Shown here piece by piece: positions 53,351 through 57,949 of a DNA stretch of 57,949 nucleotides. The notes below the pieces were generated by a model. That model was not told the origin of the DNA. It saw only the letters and a list, made by a program, of their open reading frames with translations, and searched no databases. Both the position numbers and the translations under genes were made by a program. Every line of letters starts with the position of its first letter. Position 1 is the first letter of the stretch. The DNA comes from Candidatus Parcubacteria bacterium (GTDB taxonomy: Bacteria; Patescibacteriota; Minisyncoccia; Phycocordibacterales; UBA918): the NCBI GenBank assembly GCA_041173745.1, contig JBEDID010000001.1:1-57949 (forward strand). Reading direction: 5' to 3'.

Positions 53351-55300
53351 ATGAAAGAGAATTGGGAAATTCCGTTGTTGGATAATCGAGTTGTATGTAT
53401 TGCTAATATCGAAAGCGAATCTCTTGTTGCTCAAATTTCTTCCTTGTTTGCAAGAAAGGGTCACTATTTTCCTCTCTATATGTTTCCAAATGTAAATACG
53501 GTGAGTGCTGAGTATGTAGATCGTGATTCTGACGAATTTATTTCAAATATGATTGGAAATGAGTCAGCCGTTTTCATAAATAACAGCATTGCAAAAATGC
53601 AGGGTGCTGAAACCTATCTTTTTGTTGGTCTTAGTGAATTTCAAAAAAGTTATATGTCTCAGTACATAAAGGAATTCGTTGAGATATCTGATCAGAGTGA
53701 GATCGAAACAAAGCTACATTCTATTGCTAATCTGAAGATAGAGATACTTGCTTGCAAGGAGGATGAGCTACTAAAGGGTCTTTATTTAGCCTGTATGAAT
53801 AATAAGCGCCTTGTGGTTGATAATGAGGCAGAATCATTGACTCTAGAACTTAGAGGTAAACAGGGTGTGGTAGGTGTTGAAAAAAGTAGAGAAGGACACA
53901 CATCATCAATTATTGGTGTGAATTATGCAGTATCACTGGATGCAGATTTAATAATCTTAGATCAGGTTTCTAGGCAGGAATTTGAACAAATTGAACGAAG
54001 ACTACAAAGATGGAAAGATGAGAACAATCATAATCACTTTCGTAAAGTTTGTAACAAAGCTAAAAATCGTCTTTCAGAATACGATTTGTCGCAGTATAAG
54101 TATGGGACATTTTTTACTGAGGGAATACCCTACGGACTCGGTATAGATAATCTAATACCTACAACCCATGTCCACTTACATCTAAGGCCGGATTTATTTA
54201 TAATAAATGGGATTGGAACAGAACGGGGCGGTAGATTTCATTCCGCAGTCGTTTTCTCACCACAATTTTTTACCCTAGAAGAAACAGAATCTGTAATAGA
54301 GTTTCTTCAAGAGAAAGAGTATTACGTAAGGGAGTTGGTGGGTGAAGACGCGACAACACAAAACTTAGATTTTCACGCACAGCATTTTCCGTACGACCTA
54401 CTTCATATTTGTAGTCATGGAGGAGAAATGGAAGGTTATGAGGTAACTCTAAAATTTAAAGATAGAAAAGGTGCACTCCACACTATTGTGTATGATGAGG
54501 CGGTTTCATTCTCGCCTGTGCCTGGAAAGGAATTAATATCAGTGCTTCAAAAAGCTTTTTTCCGGACACTCAATGGTTATAAGTGGATGAGTCCGCAACT
54601 GAAAGTAAAAAACTACCCTCAATATGTCTACCAGGATATGTTTAAAGCAGTAAGTAATGACAATACTCCTAGAAAGAAAAAGGCTGGAACAATTCCGTCT
54701 GCTTATGCAATCACAACTTCAGATGGTTTTAACCAGGGTGCATTTAAAATTTTATCTTCTCACAACAACCCAATTATTTTCAATAACTCCTGTTGGTCAT
54801 GGGGTCAGATTGCAACACACTTTATAGTCTCTGGTGCACGAGGCTACATAGGCACTTTATGGAAAATAGGTAACTTAGAAGCGAATATAGCTGCGAGAAG
54901 GTTTTATGCAATGATTAATGACTACTCAATCATGACTTGCCTACATTCAGCGCAGCAAGAAATTAAAGGTACAGAGTCAGAAAATGTATTCCACTACTGG
55001 GGTTTACATTTTACATCGATAGCACAAAACGGCGTCAGTGAAAAAGAAAGTCGCATTCGTGTCTTTTCAGAATTGTTACGCGCTGTTTTTGCATGGATTG
55101 ATAAAGTGAATACAACGGCTAATCCAACTATTAGAAGTAATTCTATACAGGTTGTACACGAGCTCCATAATGAATTACTTACTCATTTTACAGAGGAAGA
55201 CATGGCGAACCTTGAAAAGAAATTCAATGATCTACCAGTTCCTCAGGCAACACCTGAGCTAGGTGAATCGGATCGTAGTTCTGTCGAAAGAAAACATTAA
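53351..55300 (+). CDS. CHAT (caspase-like) protease domain protein with uncharacterised N-terminal half
   Basis: The C-terminal half has LLHICSHGG (His, codon 54416-54418 region), IIFNNSCWSWG (Cys codon 54791-54793) and GYIGTLWKI...ARRFY, the CHAT His/Cys dyad pattern. Confidence 0.65.
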   Translation: MKENWEIPLLDNRVVCIANIESESLVAQISSLFARKGHYFPLYMFPNVNTVSAEYVDRDSDEFISNMIGNESAVFINNSIAKMQGAETYLFVGLSEFQKSYMSQYIKEFVEISDQSEIETKLHSIANLKIEILACKEDELLKGLYLACMNNKRLVVDNEAESLTLELRGKQGVVGVEKSREGHTSSIIGVNYAVSLDADLIILDQVSRQEFEQIERRLQRWKDENNHNHFRKVCNKAKNRLSEYDLSQYKYGTFFTEGIPYGLGIDNLIPTTHVHLHLRPDLFIINGIGTERGGRFHSAVVFSPQFFTLEETESVIEFLQEKEYYVRELVGEDATTQNLDFHAQHFPYDLLHICSHGGEMEGYEVTLKFKDRKGALHTIVYDEAVSFSPVPGKELISVLQKAFFRTLNGYKWMSPQLKVKNYPQYVYQDMFKAVSNDNTPRKKKAGTIPSAYAITTSDGFNQGAFKILSSHNNPIIFNNSCWSWGQIATHFIVSGARGYIGTLWKIGNLEANIAARRFYAMINDYSIMTCLHSAQQEIKGTESENVFHYWGLHFTSIAQNGVSEKESRIRVFSELLRAVFAWIDKVNTTANPTIRSNSIQVVHELHNELLTHFTEEDMANLEKKFNDLPVPQATPELGESDRSSVERKH

Positions 55301-55334
55301 AGAACAAAGAATTGATGTAGTTTAGTTGAATCGA

Positions 55335-55370
55335 AATAATAAGACCACCCAATTGGGTGGTCTTATTATT
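55335..55370 (+). terminator. intrinsic terminator after the CHAT gene
   Basis: aataataagaccaccc-aatt-gggtggtcttattatt. Confidence 0.8.
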
Positions 55371-55405
55371 TAACTAGACTTGCTGAGATTAATGGGGTAT
55401 TAACC

Positions 55406-55454
55406 CCTCTCAGTAGGTCTCACTAGTTGGTGCCTGCGTAAAGAATCGAACTCC
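55406..55454 (-). repeat. degenerate copy of the tRNA-Arg(UCU) 3' half plus trailer (att-like)
   Basis: cctctcagtaggtctcactagttggtgcctgcgtaaagaatcgaactcc versus cctctcgataggtctcgctacgtggtgctcccagtaggaatcgaaccta (55560-55608). About three quarters of positions are identical. Confidence 0.6.
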
Positions 55455-55581
55455 TCTCAGTCTCTCTAAAGGGGTGGCTTAAAATATGCGTAAAATTACA
55501 CTTAGTTCGATACCTAGAGGGGTGCTCAATTTTCACCCTCAAAATATCCTTATTTTAGGCCTCTCGATAGGTCTCGCTACG

Positions 55582-55656
55582 TGGTGCTCCCAGTAGGAAT
55601 CGAACCTACATCAACGGCTTAGAAGTCCGCAGTTCTATCCATTAAACTATGGGAGC
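55582..55656 (-). tRNA. tRNA-Arg (anticodon UCU), CCA encoded
   Basis: Acceptor GCTCCCA/TGGGAGC, anticodon loop CTTCTAA, T arm GTAGG-TTCGATT-CCTAC. Confidence 0.85.
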
Positions 55657-55794
55657 AAGGACTCTGCTTTCTCGCAAAGCGTTATAACCATACCAGATAT
55701 TTTTTATTGTGGGAAATGAGGCGGGGCCAAAGGCCCCGCCTCAACTTTGTCATGATATAAAAAACCGCCCTGTTTAATGTCGGGCGGTTTAACT

Positions 55795-56187
55795 TCACCG
55801 GTTCTCATTTATGATATTGTTGGCAATATTGAATAAATAATTGATTTCACCATCACAATCAATAGTATCAACCTTAGCTCTACTTAGTCGTAAGTTGCTA
55901 ACAAGCTCGTATATACTCATATAATTACATCTACAGGTATAGATAGATATTTTTTCGCTGAAATCTTGTCTAGGGATTGAAAACAATATTTTACTGTAGT
56001 GCTCTCCTAGATAGAGAATGGTGTGATCAAATTGACCATGTATTAGTTGAATCTGATTTAGATAATCTTCAAGTCTTAATTCTTGCCCGATATATAGATA
56101 GGGTATTTCAGCATTATAAAAACCATTTTGTTTACCTGGTAGAATAAAACTGGGGGATAAAATCGCCGTTGTTGTATATCTGCGCAT
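55795..56187 (-). CDS. hypothetical protein
   Basis: ATG 56187 is preceded by AAGGAG with a 5-nt spacing. No recognisable motifs. Terminator hairpins lie at 55720-55744 and 55762-55792. Confidence 0.5.
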   Translation of the reverse strand: MRRYTTTAILSPSFILPGKQNGFYNAEIPYLYIGQELRLEDYLNQIQLIHGQFDHTILYLGEHYSKILFSIPRQDFSEKISIYTCRCNYMSIYELVSNLRLSRAKVDTIDCDGEINYLFNIANNIINENR

Positions 56188-56366
56188 AGCCACTCCTTTC
56201 AAAAAGTAAAAAGAACATTTTATTTCAAACGGACTATAAAGTAGCCTTAAATTAAGTTTATGTAAATAGGGTCAATCTATAGTAGTTAATTAATTACAGT
56301 TCACTTTAGTTCAATACTGAAAATTGTAGTGATAGAATTTATTATAAAGTGGGGTAAAATAAAATT

Positions 56367-57422
56367 ATGAAAAAATTACCAAAATTAAAAAGTGGAGATA
56401 AAGTGGCGATTGTGTCGCCGAGCTTTGCGGCTTCGGGGCAGTGGCCGCATGTGCACGAACTTGGTTTAGAGCGATTGAAAACTGTATTTGGTTTGGAAGC
56501 TGTTGAATTGCCAGCGACCAGAAAGTTGGGAGCAACTGGCGCAGAGCGGGCAGAAGATTTAGTCATCGCTTTTTCTGACCCGACAATCAAGGCGGTTATT
56601 TCGTCCTTGGGTGGAGACGACCAAGTGACTTATATAAAAAATTTGCCAGCGGAACCCTTCATAAATAACCCAAAACCTTTCTTCGGTTTTAGTGATAATT
56701 CACATTTTTGTAATTTCCTGTTTCTTAATGGTATTCCTTCATATTATGGCGCGGCGTTATTTACGCAGTTTGCGAAGCAGGGAGCGATGGATGACTTTTC
56801 TGTAAAATATATTAAGCATGCGTTATTTGATGAAGGTGAATTTGAACTACAGTCGTCAGATGTATATAACGATAGTAATTTAAGTGCGGATGAAAATGTG
56901 ATATTAAATTGGGACGACCCAGAATCTCTGCAGTTACAAAGAAAATATGTACCCAATGAAGGCTGGTATTGGGCTGGAGAACAGGACGCAAAAGGTTTGC
57001 TGTGGGGCGGCTGTATCGAATCGGTGGATGAGATGTTGCGACATGGTGTGCCGATTCCAACTCTAGAGCAATTTGAAAATATTGTTCTAATGTTGGAATC
57101 GTCTGAAGAGATTCCTTCTGCTCAATATGTATTTCGGATTATGCGTGCTTTGGGTGAGCGGGGAATTTTGGCAAGTGTAAAAGGAGTTTTAGTAGGACGG
57201 CCAAAAGCGTGGGAATTTGATAAACAAAATAATGACGAACAAAAAGCCCGATATTGCCAAACACAACGAGACACTATTTTGCAAACAATTCGTCAGTACA
57301 ATCAATTTATTCCCGTAATTCAAAATCTAGACTTCGGCCACACCGACCCACAGATACCTATGCCATATGGTGGGAAGGTTAGAGTTCAGGCTACCGAACA
57401 AAAAATCTTTGTAACTTTTTAA
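56367..57422 (+). CDS. S66 family LD-carboxypeptidase (LdcA/MccF-like)
   Basis: LKSGDKVAIVSPS N-terminus, nucleophile motif GFSDNSH, and C-terminal DFGHTDP. 351 aa. Confidence 0.8.
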   Translation: MKKLPKLKSGDKVAIVSPSFAASGQWPHVHELGLERLKTVFGLEAVELPATRKLGATGAERAEDLVIAFSDPTIKAVISSLGGDDQVTYIKNLPAEPFINNPKPFFGFSDNSHFCNFLFLNGIPSYYGAALFTQFAKQGAMDDFSVKYIKHALFDEGEFELQSSDVYNDSNLSADENVILNWDDPESLQLQRKYVPNEGWYWAGEQDAKGLLWGGCIESVDEMLRHGVPIPTLEQFENIVLMLESSEEIPSAQYVFRIMRALGERGILASVKGVLVGRPKAWEFDKQNNDEQKARYCQTQRDTILQTIRQYNQFIPVIQNLDFGHTDPQIPMPYGGKVRVQATEQKIFVTF

Positions 57423-57479
57423 ATCTTTGTAATAAAAACTAAAACAATCAAACCGCCTAATAAGGCGGTTTGATTTTTG

Positions 57480-57552
57480 TGCGCGATGAGAGACTTGAAC
57501 TCCCGACCGTCTCAGTGTAAATGAGCTGCTCTACCAACTGAGCTAATCGCGC
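57480..57552 (-). tRNA. tRNA-Val (anticodon UAC)
   Basis: Acceptor GCGCGAT/ATCGCGC, D arm GCTC/GAGC, anticodon loop TTTACAC, T loop TTCAAGT. Confidence 0.9.
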
Positions 57553-57669
57553 GGATATTTTATTTGGTGCTTGTTCATTCTGCCGAATCAGCTGAATGTG
57601 ACACTATCCTACCGAATTTTCAGAAAAAAACAATAGTGAGGAATCACAAGTGAGTTATACTGTGCGGAT

Positions 57670-57942
57670 ATGGTAGAAATTCATTGTGTAATTGTTGGTC
57701 AAGTGCAAGGCGTAGCCCTACGTACTTATGTGCAGGAGTCAGCGACTGAGCTTGGATTAGTTGGATATGTGAAAAATTTAGACGATGGTTCGGTGCGCGT
57801 GGTGGCCCAAGGAGCGCCTGATACACTTAAGGAATTTATTGAATACTTACATGAAGGGTCGCTGTTGTCGGTGGTGGAAGGAGTGGCGGTGGATTGGCGT
57901 ACCCCCAGTGCAACATTTTCAGAATTTTCGTTGTTACACTAA
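57670..57942 (+). CDS. acyP: acylphosphatase
   Basis: VQGVALRTYVQ...GLVGYVKNLDDGSVRVVAQG is the acylphosphatase signature. 90 aa. Confidence 0.85.
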   Translation: MVEIHCVIVGQVQGVALRTYVQESATELGLVGYVKNLDDGSVRVVAQGAPDTLKEFIEYLHEGSLLSVVEGVAVDWRTPSATFSEFSLLH

Positions 57943-57949
57943 TTAATGA

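Overview
Gene-dense, AT-rich (about 40% G+C by eye) bacterial window. The gene content looks Patescibacteria/CPR-like (inference only): ruvC-yebC-ruvB, ruvA, ruvX, polA, holA, tsaE, rpsT, murE, type IV pilus genes pilB and pilMNO, a DsbB/thioredoxin pair, and many small conserved hypotheticals. Five tRNAs are present: Lys-UUU, Ser-UGA, Arg-GCG, Arg-UCU and Val-UAC. No rRNA or CRISPR array was found. Two accessory systems stand out. (1) 3.2-6.5 kb holds a complete diversity-generating retroelement. A GC-rich target gene carries a C-terminal VR (4394-4510). The TR (4896-5012) differs from it only at TR adenines: 21 of 21 mismatches. An inverted Avd-like gene and a DGR-type reverse transcriptase complete the cassette. 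(2) 48.8-52.6 kb holds a candidate RiPP module. It has a single-polypeptide RRE(PqqD-like)-SagB dehydrogenase-YcaO fusion. A DUF2268-type HExxH protease and a 46-aa Gly/Cys-rich peptide gene lie convergent to the fusion, and the peptide gene has its own promoter, SD and terminator. The module is bracketed by inverted AATGGGGACAG boxes and sits next to a HUH/Y1 (IS200-like) transposase, a CHAT caspase-like protease and a tRNA-Arg with a degenerate att-like repeat. Other notable items are a 2167-aa thioester alpha-2-macroglobulin convergent with PBP1C, a CsoR-type repressor with a perfect 20-bp palindrome ahead of an MFP/RND pair, a decayed integrative element at tRNA-Ser, and partial duplications and inverted repeats around several tRNAs. 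All coordinates were indexed by hand and all family assignments come from motif recognition. No database search was possible.
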